Positions 41,701 through 53,823 of a stretch of 64,000 nt of DNA are shown piece by piece. The translations under genes and the position numbers were made by a program. Source of the DNA: Botryllus schlosseri (taxonomy: Eukaryota); the NCBI GenBank assembly GCA_051294905.1, contig CM119383.1, positions 5,952,001-6,016,000 on the forward strand, written 5' to 3'. How positions within the stretch are numbered: the stretch's first letter is position 1; every line of letters begins with the position of its first letter. Under the pieces are notes generated by a model. It was not told where the DNA came from, ran no database searches, and saw only the letters and a program-made list of their open reading frames with translations.

Positions 41701-43791
41701 AAAAAATCATGATTTGATTTAATTAATCGATTAAAGTCGATTTTAATCAAGGGCAAAATGATTTTAACCAGAACCCTACTTACGCGATTTGAAACTCCCC
41801 GCCTGTGTATAAACGTTTGGTAGCGTATAGGAATCAAGCGAACACTTGAAAAAGTTCAGGCTAACACAAAAGTTTCGTGAAAAGTTCTTCAACGCGACCA
41901 CACGATGATATAATGCAAATTGGAAATCTTATCGATTTTCGCCTTCCTTCCTTCGTCTATTGTGAGGAGGTGACCACGATCCGGTTCAGGAGCAGGAGCA
42001 GGATGTCATCGTTTTTGAACGTATCCGGACTGCATCCAGGTTATGAATTTGCGTTGAAAGTGGGATTCTAGCTGTTTTTATCTACTGAAATGTGAAAAAT
42101 TATCATGATATATTGACTGGATTTATTCGGATTCCGAATTTTGGGAATAAATTTTTGAATAAATATTTGGTAAAATTCGACCGAGATACAGTAGATCAGA
42201 ACTGGAGTAACGCTCTGGCGGCTATTTCGGGAGCTGAGCCGGAAAGTCAACCAACGTAGAATTCTACAAAAGTGTGAATTTCAGGAGCCGAGTCGGAAAA
42301 CTGACTTTTTTTGTCACCGCAAACCCAAACCAACCAAAATTTACCATTTTTCCGGATTTTAGTCCTGTAGCCTATTGTAAGTCTGAAAATTTTGAAAAAG
42401 TGTCCTCTTGAGATTTCCAAACTATGGTAACACTATAGTATATCCTATAGCAGCCTACTGTTACAATTCAAGTATATTTTCGACCAACAGTGACCGCAAT
42501 TCGTTAACAGTATTATTAGTCAACTGGTCAAGTCTTCGTAGCACGCGACCTGCTTGCCCGGGTCTAAGCAAGATTTGTGGTTGCGTCGGGTACGGAGTGA
42601 AGTGGTATTTCTAGAAAAAATATTCGAGAATCGGGTGTGTAATTTTGGTGCAGGGATTTCTAGATATCCCTGTTTTGGTTCAACGAAGTTTTATGCTGAA
42701 TTTCCTTCGTGCGGCCACCGTGGTAGTAGGAGAAAGTTGAAATTCAGTTCAGGGCAGTAAAATCGACAGTATTTCCGAAAACGTCCACATACCTAGGCCT
42801 ACTGCCACTATCGTTATTTTGCGAACCCTAGAACGGAGCTGCCAAACACCCATGTATGTAGGTAAACAGTATAGCCTACTTGTAGTGCAGTTGTGAACGC
42901 TTATCTACCTACATTACCATTTCGAAACTGTGTTCCCCGTGTTCATGATGAAGGCGCGAATATTCAAAGATTACTGAGGAACCGTCTAGATATCGAAAGT
43001 TGAGGTAAGGAGTTTGCTTTCGATATTAAATAAAGGTAATAGATAATCCAGTCTGACCAAGTATGGCTCAGAAGTGAAAAAAAACTGTAGTAATCCGCTG
43101 GTGCCGGAGTAACCAAACTTGTGTTGGAGGGATGTGAAAAAACTTACCTAGACTAAATAGGCAAGTACTGAGAGATTCATGATTAAATCAATTTATGAAG
43201 CAACAATATATGGACAGTTCATTGGCGGCTTGCAGAGCTGAAGCGTTTCAGCGAAAACTCGAGCGGAGAAGTCGACAACCTTGTTCAGTTCAGCTACATG
43301 AACAGTACCCACTTATAACCTACCGCTTGATGGTGCTATATGATCAAATACATTTCGTAAAATTGACCCGATTGTACGTCAGTACAATGACATAAATGAA
43401 TATCATGTATATATATTATGTATATATCATTAATCAGTACGAAAATTTCCAGTTGCTGAAGATTACCCCCGACGAGTGTCAGCCGAAAATATTCGGGTTC
43501 ATTTACTATTCAACATTACGAAAAGGTATACAAGGAAGCATCAGAAATTTGACACATATCTGTAAACCGGGGATTCGTACTATACGGAGAAAATGAGAGA
43601 TCTAGAAAGTAGAGTATCATGGATTTACGGCCAATTCGTGGATTGATCAATCCAGCGTATAGGCAGTCGATGATCCTCTCGCCCAAAAGTTGGATCTTCA
43701 ATAGAAATGAGCATAATTCCCATGATTATATGATCCGATTCAGCCTTTTCCTAAACGTTGTATTACCGGTGGCAGGGGAGATAGTGTAGTG

Positions 43792-45775
43792 CAGTGCTTT
43801 TCAACCTGTGTGACGGTTCGCACTTGTGCGAATGAAAAAAATTGCAGTGCGAATGACGAAGGTGGTGCGAATAGTGCGAATGAAAATCCGGATTAAGTGC
43901 GAATGACGAAGGTGGTGCGAATGGTGCGAACGAAAATCCGGATCAAGTGCGAATGAAAATCGTGGTTAACTGTTAACTTTTCTGACGTGAAACAATTCAA
44001 ATAAATCTTATGGTAAATTTAAGGTCAGCGTAACTTTTGTAGTTGCGACGGAATTGTAAAACTTAATACGACGCACCACTAATCGTAGCTCTCACAAGCC
44101 GTAGTGAATTAATATTCCCGCACTATAATTATTACGTAACCAAACGTCTGGTTTGGAAGCTGGTATAGTGGCAGTATAGAGATCTCTACAATCTCTATAG
44201 TGCCAGACATACAGTATATCAGCCCGTCTGAGCCTGCGACATACTGGAAAAATGACGTCAAATTGACTTTCTACTCTCTTTCGCTAAACAATCATCATAT
44301 ATTCGTAATAACTGTTCGATAAGCGCGAGTCACGAGGATAGTAGTAAATACCATCATTATACAGACACACATTTGCAAGTTACTGTAACGCAAATTTTTC
44401 CCGCTGCAAAGGTTATTAAAGTATGGACCGCAAAGGGTATAATTTTGGGTCGACACGATGCTATCTGTTAATATGTATGTAATATTTATTGAATTTATTG
44501 CAAAATATCCTGCGATAGTTTTTACATATCCAAGGTCACTGTGTTGGGTACTGTAGCCAAAAAGCGAGACACGCAGAGAATGAGAATTCATGATAAGATT
44601 TGTCCGACTGTTTTTCCTGGAAAACATGGTCGAAGACCGTTGGGATGAACTAATGTAGGGGTGAGCAACAAGCGAACTCAGACATATGATATTCATTCAT
44701 TTCGAGGCTAACCCCTTCTGCGTCTGGACACATGAAGACGTAAAGTTTTGGCGAACAAACCGCTGGTAAAAGGCGGTGCCAAAAGCATAAGCTGCGACAA
44801 AACCTCAGTCAATAAATGACCGATGCTAGATGGCCAAACCTTTCGCAATGGATTGGATATGGTCCGTTGTCGACACAGAATAGTCCCGTTATTGCAATCT
44901 GAGTAGACAGAAGTACAACTGCGATACGCAGAGGAATTTAATTCGCTCTAATTCGAAATCGCGTGCGTCATACATGTTTTGTAGAGCTGTTGTGTACGCG
45001 TTCTATATGTCACTCATGCCCGTAAATCGTAGCATACAACTGTAATATTAAAAATGAATTCCTTTTCATGGGTGAGGCACGGGTCGCTAGATGCCACAAA
45101 AACTCAAATTTTGGTGGTAGTCTAAAAGCAACTTTACCGATATTAAACTCTTATGAATTTTCAAGTTAGATTGAGCTAATGAGTAAAACACACAATATCG
45201 TGAGTTATTTGCTCTTCTCGTGAACTCGCGAGACAGAAGGTGGAGCAACGTATCATGAGGTAGCGAGCTCTGATGTGCCTTGATCGTTTTGCACCTTATG
45301 TTCCAAAGACGTAAGGCAAAAGCCTCAACACACACATGGGGGTTTTCCATCCTTTCGACAAACTGGAGCCTCGCGGGACCTCTGTGTCAGCTCTCAAAAA
45401 CGATTTTTGCCAGCAAGCATTTTTCACTCGCGAAAAATACGCTGTATTTTGGATAGGAGTGCAGAACAGATTATAAGACCTGGTCATCCAAGCACTAGTA
45501 GACGTTCTTGTACAAATTCCCAACAACATTGTTTGGCCGAGAAGGGTTTTAGTGAAATAGTTGAAAGCAAAACGATCGAAAAAAGTTGCCGTTTAATGAG
45601 ACACTTAATAGCTTAAGCTACTTAGTAGTAAATTTGTTGCACATCTGAACAAAATGTTGTTAAGTAGGCCTATCTTCATCTTCTTTATGTATAACAATTA
45701 TCGATTAGTTTGTGCGAATGAAATTTATTTTACAAAAAAAGTGCGAATGGAGCTCAAAAAGGTTGAAAAGCACTG
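43792..45775 (+). mobile_element. hAT (Buster/Charlie-type) element with transposase relic
   Basis: 16-bp TIR CAGTGCTTTTCAACCT, perfect TSD GTGTAGTG (43784-43791 and 45776-45783), GTGCGAA subterminal repeats; frameshifted dimerisation-domain-like reading at about 45335-45600 (FHPF...LKND...FWIGVQN / DLVIQAL / LAEKGFS). Confidence 0.9.
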
Positions 45776-46150
45776 GTGTAGTGGTTACGATAAGCGCCCA
45801 CCAATCTGACGGATCGGGCTCGATTCCCGTCGGAGGTTTATTTGGGCTCCTCTTCCCCCGCCGTTGCCGCTCTTACGGCGACAAAAAAGCCCAGTATAAG
45901 ACCTGACGAAAGAATGCACTCACAAGGAATGGAAAGAACTAGTAGACAGGCCCACGGCTTCAAAAAAAGATCAACATCGAAAAGGTGCCATCGGGCATTC
46001 TAGGCCGAGGTGGATGTTAGAGTAAAGGATCCCTGCTGATGTGTGTCGTTCGACATCCTCCTGTCTGCTCATGGCATCGCATTGCACATTGTGTGTGACT
46101 TGTTCAGATGAAAAATATAACCCAACGATTTTATGTTATTATTATCATAA
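45776..46150 (+). mobile_element. tRNA-derived SINE, 3' part (5' stub at about 43775-43791)
   Basis: Removing the hAT gives GGGGAGATAGTGTAGTGGTTACG...GGGCTCGATTCCC with A-box and B-box (45817-45827), an unrelated body and an ATT-rich tail; I could not build a full cloverleaf. Confidence 0.7.
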
Positions 46151-46156
46151 TATATA

Positions 46157-46520
46157 TTACTGCGGAGCGTGGACCGGAGCCGAGTAGGATATCCGGTCGG
46201 ATTTTTTCAATTTTCGCCGATCAGTACTATTTCTGATACGTCCGGAACAGGATCAGTAATTTTTTGATTCGGCTTTCTTTATTGATAAGCATGACTTTTG
46301 TAACTAAATATGACTACCAACCAACCGCACGAAAGTAACCGCCCAGCCACTACAAAAATCAACGAACTATATTTATAACTTCCCGGAAACACCGTACCGT
46401 GTAGGGTGGAGCAAGGAGCGGAGGCGGATCAGTACTTTTCCTGATACGCCCGGAGCTGGAACAGAGAATTGAAAAACAGGATCGGAGTCGGACCAGAGAA
46501 TTTATCGATCCACTAATATA
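46157..46520. repeat. Degenerate MITE family rich in CCGGA/GGATC motifs
   Basis: Repeated CGGAGC/GGATC motifs; related sequence at about 42100-42300, 51330-51551 and 63812-63910. Ends not resolved. Confidence 0.45.
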
Positions 46521-49500
46521 TATTGAGGATTGAACCGCACATACGGCCATGCCGCGAGTGAACTAGGTGCAAGTTCGTCACAACAATTCAACAAATAAAA
46601 TAAACAAGATTGAAGAGCACTGCTACAGTGCTAGTGCTATAACGGTCTTTTATTATTATTACTTTGCCGTTCCGTACTCAAAAATGGAACAGGTCAACTC
46701 TGCTTTTGGTGCTGCTTTTGGTTCTGCACTGTATGGCTATTCATGATTTTCATGTCAGTAACCGACTGGGTTCCTTGAGCGAAAGGTTTCAATGAGTCTT
46801 TTTGACGCTTTTCTGTCCTGTTCAAAATCTCGCTATCGCTAGAATTCTTTATAAGAATTTCCGATATATAGATGTAGCTGATTGTACAAATGTACAATGC
46901 AGCGTTGCAACCTTGATGAAATGACGGCTTCTTTGTTTGAAGTCATCCATCCATTTCAGTGTTCTGAATATTGTTGCCATAAAGTCGATTGTAAATTTCT
47001 GTCGTTTTTGATTGTGGAAAGCTCTATTGATCGGTCGTCTTTGAACTTGACTTATTTAACTATATGCCAAGAGACTTAATGCGATTATACGCAGGCACTA
47101 CATCAGCGCAAACACCAGAAACAAGTCCATCATCAAAACAGCAAATAATAATGATATGACTACCGCTCGAAGGTTGTCTCACCGCATTGAGTTAAATTAG
47201 AGACTAAAACGGAATGATAGGCGTGTCCAAACTTTTAACCGCATCGCATTTCCATAGTCGGATTTTGAAACTTTAATTACACGTTGCGTTGCTGCGGAGT
47301 TTGTGATGGTGAATGAGGGTATCAAGTCACAATTTGTATATCTATTGTGAAATTCAATAGCGGAAATAACCAAGAATCAAATCTTCCTTGTAATTACAAG
47401 CTTTGCAACTGTCTAAATTATGAAGATTTCTCCTCCATTCAGTTTTGATCGGTAGCCTTCAAAGGCATCTACACAAATTACGTAATGCATCAAGGTACCG
47501 CTCGCACACGAACGACTTGGCTATTGAACCAAACAATAACAATATGCATAAATGAGAACAATTTTCTTCAATTCAGTTTATAGTTAACAATTTCAACATT
47601 TCAATGCAACACAACTCTGCGATGCATTGAAAGATGGGAAGGTGTCGATACAACTTGGAATAGTATTTGAAATCAGACAGCCACCTGGCCTAGGCGATGT
47701 AAAAAGGAGGCATGTACAATGTACATTGTACAAGTACACTCACTGTACGCGGAATGAAAGTAATAGAATATCATATAAAACGACAAGCGACATAAAGAGG
47801 AGGTATTCGTCGGATGGCGAGATCAACATGTCTTCACTTGCATATATTATCTTGCGGACCCGCACGAGCCCAAGAATTGCTACTATAACCTCAAAGGGGC
47901 AGTTGGGTCGTCAAATTCATATGATCAGTTTTTCACTTCATCCGCAGAATACTAAATTGTCTTCTCTGCGAAATTTTCGTCTGTGAGGCCGCTGTCGATA
48001 CGACCGAGTCTTATATTTTGACGGGGCAATCTCGACGTTCGCCCACGCGAAAGCAACGCGATTGTCAATCCTTTTTTTGCATTTGGTAAGAAATCTAAAT
48101 GTGTTGGACATTTGCAGAGATATTTGGCGCAACTATAAGTATAAAAACACGAGTGAAGCCTCTGTCAACGCCATGACGTGAAATATGGTTTCTAAATTGC
48201 CTCGTAGTTTTTGGCACGTCGTTCGCATGTTTTCTAGATTACATTAGAATTAGAATTATAGCTACGCATTTTTTTCAAATTAGATTAGAATTACCGCATT
48301 TGCGAAAACTTGGAAATTAAATAAAGTTCAGTTCATATCGAATGTCTGTACATCACGCTTGGCTAGTTTCGCTCTATACAGTTCTCCTGTGACATTTTCA
48401 GGAAAACCAGAAGTTGGATTATAATTAAATTAGAGCATAGAAACATTTCACAAATTAGATTAGAACTGGATTACCGGCATTTCACTCAAATTAGTCAACT
48501 AGAATCATCTAATTGTCCAAATCCGATATCGGCAATACAGTTCTTTCGTCACAGACATCAACGTTCCATATCTTCAATTGTCCGATGAATGTGATACAGC
48601 CTTGGTGACGCCCGTGCCCCGTTACCATCACCCTCCACATCCGCAATTCCACAGATACTGAAGTCTGGGCAGGAAATCGAAAAGATGACTGGTTCGCAAC
48701 CGGAAATTTCGTTGTGCCGGCTGTCCGCCGCCAGATCGGCTGCCTTTGTCTTCGGCTGTTGAACTTGGTTGTCTCTTTGTGATGTGGTTTTTCACAAGAG
48801 CTGCTTATCGCCGGCGCTAACGGGCATCATAACAAGTTACTGTTGAGGACGGATATCGATGACCGCTACTAGCGCGGGTAAACTTCGTGGTCTGAACAAT
48901 GTTGTGTTCTGTCGACACGAAAATGCGATTACGAATTTCAAGTAGACGTAAGTGGCGGCGTGCGCCTACTATCTTTCGTTTGCGATGCCGAGGCGACTGC
49001 TCGAAAACCGCGTTTTTTGTCTGCCCGCATGTGCCTGCACAGTGCACGCACAAACTATAGGCCAGAATTTGCATCTGCCTCTTTGTAGGAGATTCTATAT
49101 TGAATATAGACATTAGAAAACCTCACAAGGCTATTTCTGCACCTGCCTTGTCCTGCAGCATATGCACATTTGCACATCACGCACATGGTATGCGTACGCA
49201 GTGCACATATCGTGTGTATCCAAATTGTCGATCATGCTTTGCTAGGCTACATGAGTCGGTGTATGTGCCGCAAAACATCAAGAACAAGAATACAAACGTC
49301 CTATCCCATGTACGACTGATGGTAGCGACCGTTTAATCTCATGGAAGTGGTGCGTTTCGAATGTCACTCATATTAATTGTAGGAGACTGCAGGCCTATGA
49401 AGCGATTACTATTCCACCATTAAATTATTACTGCCATGATTTTTACTGACTACAGTTCTGCATGGCATGAATCATGCGCGTTCAAACAGAAAGGTACAAT

Positions 49501-49788
49501 GCCGGATAGTGTTGCAAAACGATACCTATATCAATTTCGTTCACGTATACGCGGCAAAATATGTCTTTAATTATGGGCAATTTGAAGATGTTATGATGGA
49601 AATTATGACGTGTGATATCAAATATGTATTCGTGCAAGTTACCTTCGTTACTTGGTGTGACATAATCGTTTGTACCGGTGATTCGATTTTCGTGAATCAT
49701 GTATAGTCATCTGGTCTCTATTGCATCTGGGTAGAAGGATAGCAGCTTGAGTAAAAGTATATATAGATTCATTCTATTACTATTAAAG

Positions 49789-50239
49789 TAGGCTTACCAT
49801 ATTTCGGAAATGAAAAAAGAGGACACATTTTCAGAAATTTCAGACATGCAAAACTGGAGAAGAATTCTCAAAAACCGGTAAATTTTTCCCACTTCATGAT
49901 CGGTTGACTAAAAAAAAAAAAAAAAGGTCATCACTTCCGCTCAGAGCTCAAAATCACGTTTTTCACTCCACATTGCCAGGTGGATGACTAAAAAAAAAAA
50001 AGGTCTTCTTTTCGCTCAGAGCTGATATCACCACTTTTCCCTCCGAAATACCCGCCGGAGCTTCACTTCTGCGCTAATTTGCGGCATATCACTCGCAATT
50101 TTCTCTAAATCTGACCTAAATTTTCAAAAAAGAGGACAAAATCTCAAAAAAGAGGACAAAAGGGCGTCCTCCGAGGACACTTTCAAAAAAGTCAAAAAAG
50201 AGGACAAATCCTCTTAAAAGAGGACGTATGGTAAGCCTA
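49789..50239. mobile_element. hAT-type MITE with AAAAGAGGAC repeats
   Basis: 13-bp TIR TAGGCTTACCATA; perfect TSD TATTAAAG at 49781-49788 and 50240-50247. Confidence 0.9.
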
Positions 50240-52449
50240 TATTAAAGTACCTTCGAAGTAGAAGTATCATATGAACGCATTAACGAAAAAGGGAAAATAA
50301 GCTTTAAAAGATAATGAATTCACTCGAAATCATTTTCAAAAATTTTCATGGTCCGGCTCCGGCGCCCCCCCCCCTCCTATTTTTATGGTTGGACGTTATT
50401 TAAGACGATGGGGTGTTTCTTGTGGTATTCGTGGTGTTTTCTATTACATTGATAATTTAAACGAATCGGACACCAGTTCAGGTTTACAAATTTACAATAA
50501 TGGTGCAATCTGATAAAAATAATGTAAATATAATATTGTTTGTCAGAATTGTTCCCTTTATCAACGCAATGTATTTCCTGTCGAACAAAAACACAACCCT
50601 TCCGCGAACTTTATCGGTAAAATGACAGACGAATGATCGGGCGAATGACCCATAGCCGTATCGTCCGTTTACCTAATTCCATCATCACCCCTAAAACTAT
50701 GAACTGTCTCAGAAATCTATTGCGACCGGCCGTGAAATGCGATCAGATCAGGGAGAGGTGAAACTGGCGATAAATCTCATCGCGGGTATTCAGATCCGAA
50801 CGGAAAGGAAATGTGACAGATAGGAAAGGACTTCACAGAGATTCGAGCTGATTTAAATGCCGCTTTCGGTGTCAAAAGGTGGAAATATTGTGCGTTTGAA
50901 GTGTTGTTTGCGGTAAAATATTTGGTCGCGCTTAACGCCTCACTGAGTTCTGATTTCAAGATGTCTGATAAGTTTCTGTCAACTTTATTAGCTGGCCTGT
51001 TTGTAAATGCAAACAGACGCTTATATAACCTGTAACTATAAGAATTGACCGCGCTGCATAACGGCCTTAACAGTTTAAGTTACGAATATCAGAACATTTC
51101 CTATAGATATATTCGGTAAAGTAGAGGGCCGTCGTGGTTACAGTTTATGCGTCATGCGCATCCAGTCCCAGATCTTTGACATAGCCCTGTAATAGCCTGG
51201 TGTTGCTAGTGCACGACGAGATAATAATTAGGAGTGATGACGCGCATGCTCCATTTTGACAATACCAACTTAACAGCAGAAGTGGTCAGTAGTACGCGGC
51301 AGACCGACAAATTTCCTAGTTCGACTTTGATCCAACTCCGGCCGTTTCAACATAAAGTATGAATCCGACTCCAATCTGAATCCAGCCAAAATAACGAAAT
51401 CCTGCTAATATCCACCCCGTAGCTCTCTAAAACCTAGCTTGTATATACCTGGTACTGCGGCTGTTTCGGAAAAAGTATGAATCCGGATCCAATACGGCTC
51501 CGGCCAAAACATCCGGTGGAGTCCATGGACTATCCATAATACCCCGCACTGGTGTTCAATAACGAAGTACATCTATTTCTTCGGAGTACTCGAGCAAGTT
51601 TTGCCATGCACTAATCAGTCAACTCAAGTGATTATGATTTTAGACTATACTTCCAATGGTACAGCCTTCAGGCAAACTGACTTACTTTTTGCAATCTTGA
51701 TGTTGAAAAGCAGAAAGCATTTTTGGGATACGTTTTAATCACGTAGGCTGTATGAGTGAAATTGTCGCATAAGAATTACGATTGTGAAATAGCACCTGCT
51801 GGTATCTTAATATATATTCGAAGATTTACGGATATTCTCTTATTTATAGTGTCATTTGTGACTCTGCATAAGTCGCGAAGACACACCATGAAGTTTTGAA
51901 AGCAGCCGCATCCAATAAACTGCTAAAAGTATGCGAACCATCAACCAAATCTACTTTTCGAAGCTATATTTCCTTTGAGTACTTCCAGACATGTTATTTT
52001 CGACATCCACTTGAAGTAGATTGCAATAGAATTTCATAGCTGGCCTGCATACGCACTGGGGGCCCTCTACGAATGATTTACTCACGTGTATTATTCATGA
52101 CCTGTAAAATTTAATCATTTTTAATATGAGATAATAAGTGGCACCAAGAACATGATCAACATCTCTGTATCATTAACCACGTGATGACTCCGTGTGTATG
52201 ACATGACACGCTTCGCCGCCTTCTAACGAAACCATTCAACACAAACACTCGTTCTGTATCGCTTATGATGCGCTAAAATTTGTCAGATGTTGTTTTCGTT
52301 CCTTGACTAAGTCGTGATTAGATCATTAGATGTCCTTAATTGGATCGGAATATTCATATGGCATGGTATTAGTGTATGTGGCACATTAAATCATCGCAAG
52401 TATATCTAGCCTTTCACGAAAACGAATAATGTGAAGATGTAATCTAGAT

Positions 52450-53823
52450 CAGTGGTTCTCAACCGCCGGTCCGCGACGTCGTTGCTGCCGGTCCGCGAGG
52501 TGCATTACAATTTAATACCCAAATTTCAAGATGCGATATGTTGAAGGCTTTTTCCATTGGTAAAATAAAAAAAAACATCAAATTTTATACAGATGCGGAA
52601 CTTCGCGAGGTAACATTAGGGCTGGAAACATGTTCTATTTGACTGGAAGTTACAGCCGTGCCATTTCACGACATGCGAGCGACAAGTACAAGCTGACTCA
52701 CTAAACCGCACAGTTTGCGCGATCATTCGTTTTCGATTACTTCATTTTGCGCGTGACCGCGTAAACCACTGCCCTTTGTTGACCGAAAACTTCGATACAT
52801 ATATGTCTAATCGTCCATAGGTGCCTAAATGGCTGCCGCCGAATCTCGCTGTCCTGACAATCTGTACCCCACAGGACAAATTATTTACGAGTGAAGAAAT
52901 ACTAATTTGGAATTGTGTGCGTCTCTTAGTTTAATACGCGGGGGCGATTTCAATATCTATTCACTATATGAGAGACAGTTGGTCACGAAATATTGACATG
53001 TAGCCTAACCAAGTAAATTATTCCAACAGGCCCACCTGAATATGTTTAATTAATAGTTTTGATACTATTTTCCACTGAAACCTTGATTGGCCGTCTCGCA
53101 GCATACCAGACACAGTACAAATCTACGAACGTTACAGGAAATAACACATTTCCGAAGTCATGATCATCTACCAACATTGTCAACAAGCGCAATGAAATCG
53201 GTATGGTCGACAAAATACCAAGGTGGCTTTAATGTGACGGATAACAGGCATTATGTTCATTGTGGTGCATAAAAGGTGAAAATTTGAACTTTGACATAAT
53301 ACATTCTGTTGTGACGTCATAATGAGTGCTACTCGAATACTCGACTCGAAGCGTAATACGTGATTCAGAATCGAATCACTAAGGTACTCGATTTTGCCCA
53401 GCCCTAGCTATGAGCAAAGTAGCACGACAAGATGCTTGGTTCGATTCCGAAACACTTCTTCTCTCGATATTGTCGCAGAGAATAATATTATTCGAGTTGG
53501 CGTGGTCGAATAAATCCACGGCCTTCGGGGCGAAATAGGCCTACTATAAACGACTTTCGGCGGTGGCCCGTTTATCGGGGCAAGTCAATTTTATCGCGAC
53601 TTGGCAGACTTGATCACTACCGTAAAATCACATGGATGCGATCATTAACATAATTAATTGTGGTCAAAACCCCCCACGTGTCATTGTCTAGCACTATATA
53701 CTGGCAATAAAACGTTTGTATACTTCACATTGGAGTGATTTCAAATTTTGAAAGTCCACCGGTCCGCCAAATATTTTTGGAAATTTTACCGGTCCGCGAA
53801 GTCAAAAAGGTTGAGAACCACTG
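52450..53823. mobile_element. hAT (Buster/Charlie-type) non-autonomous element
   Basis: 15-bp TIR CAGTGGTTCTCAACC; perfect TSD ATCTAGAT at 52442-52449 and 53824-53831; CCGGTCCGC subterminal repeats; contains the end of another element (CTCGAATACTCGA...GCCCAGCCCTA, about 53330-53407). Confidence 0.92.

Noticed and set aside
43826-43960. CRISPR-like or novel tandem array (GTGCGAATGA; also GACTCGAGTC and AAAAGAGGAC clusters)
   Set aside because: Short, irregularly spaced subterminal repeats inside TIR- and TSD-bounded elements in a eukaryotic genome; no constant repeat-spacer period.
45774-45835. Functional tRNA gene
   Set aside because: A- and B-boxes are present, but I could not build acceptor and anticodon stems, and the sequence continues into a SINE-like body and tail.
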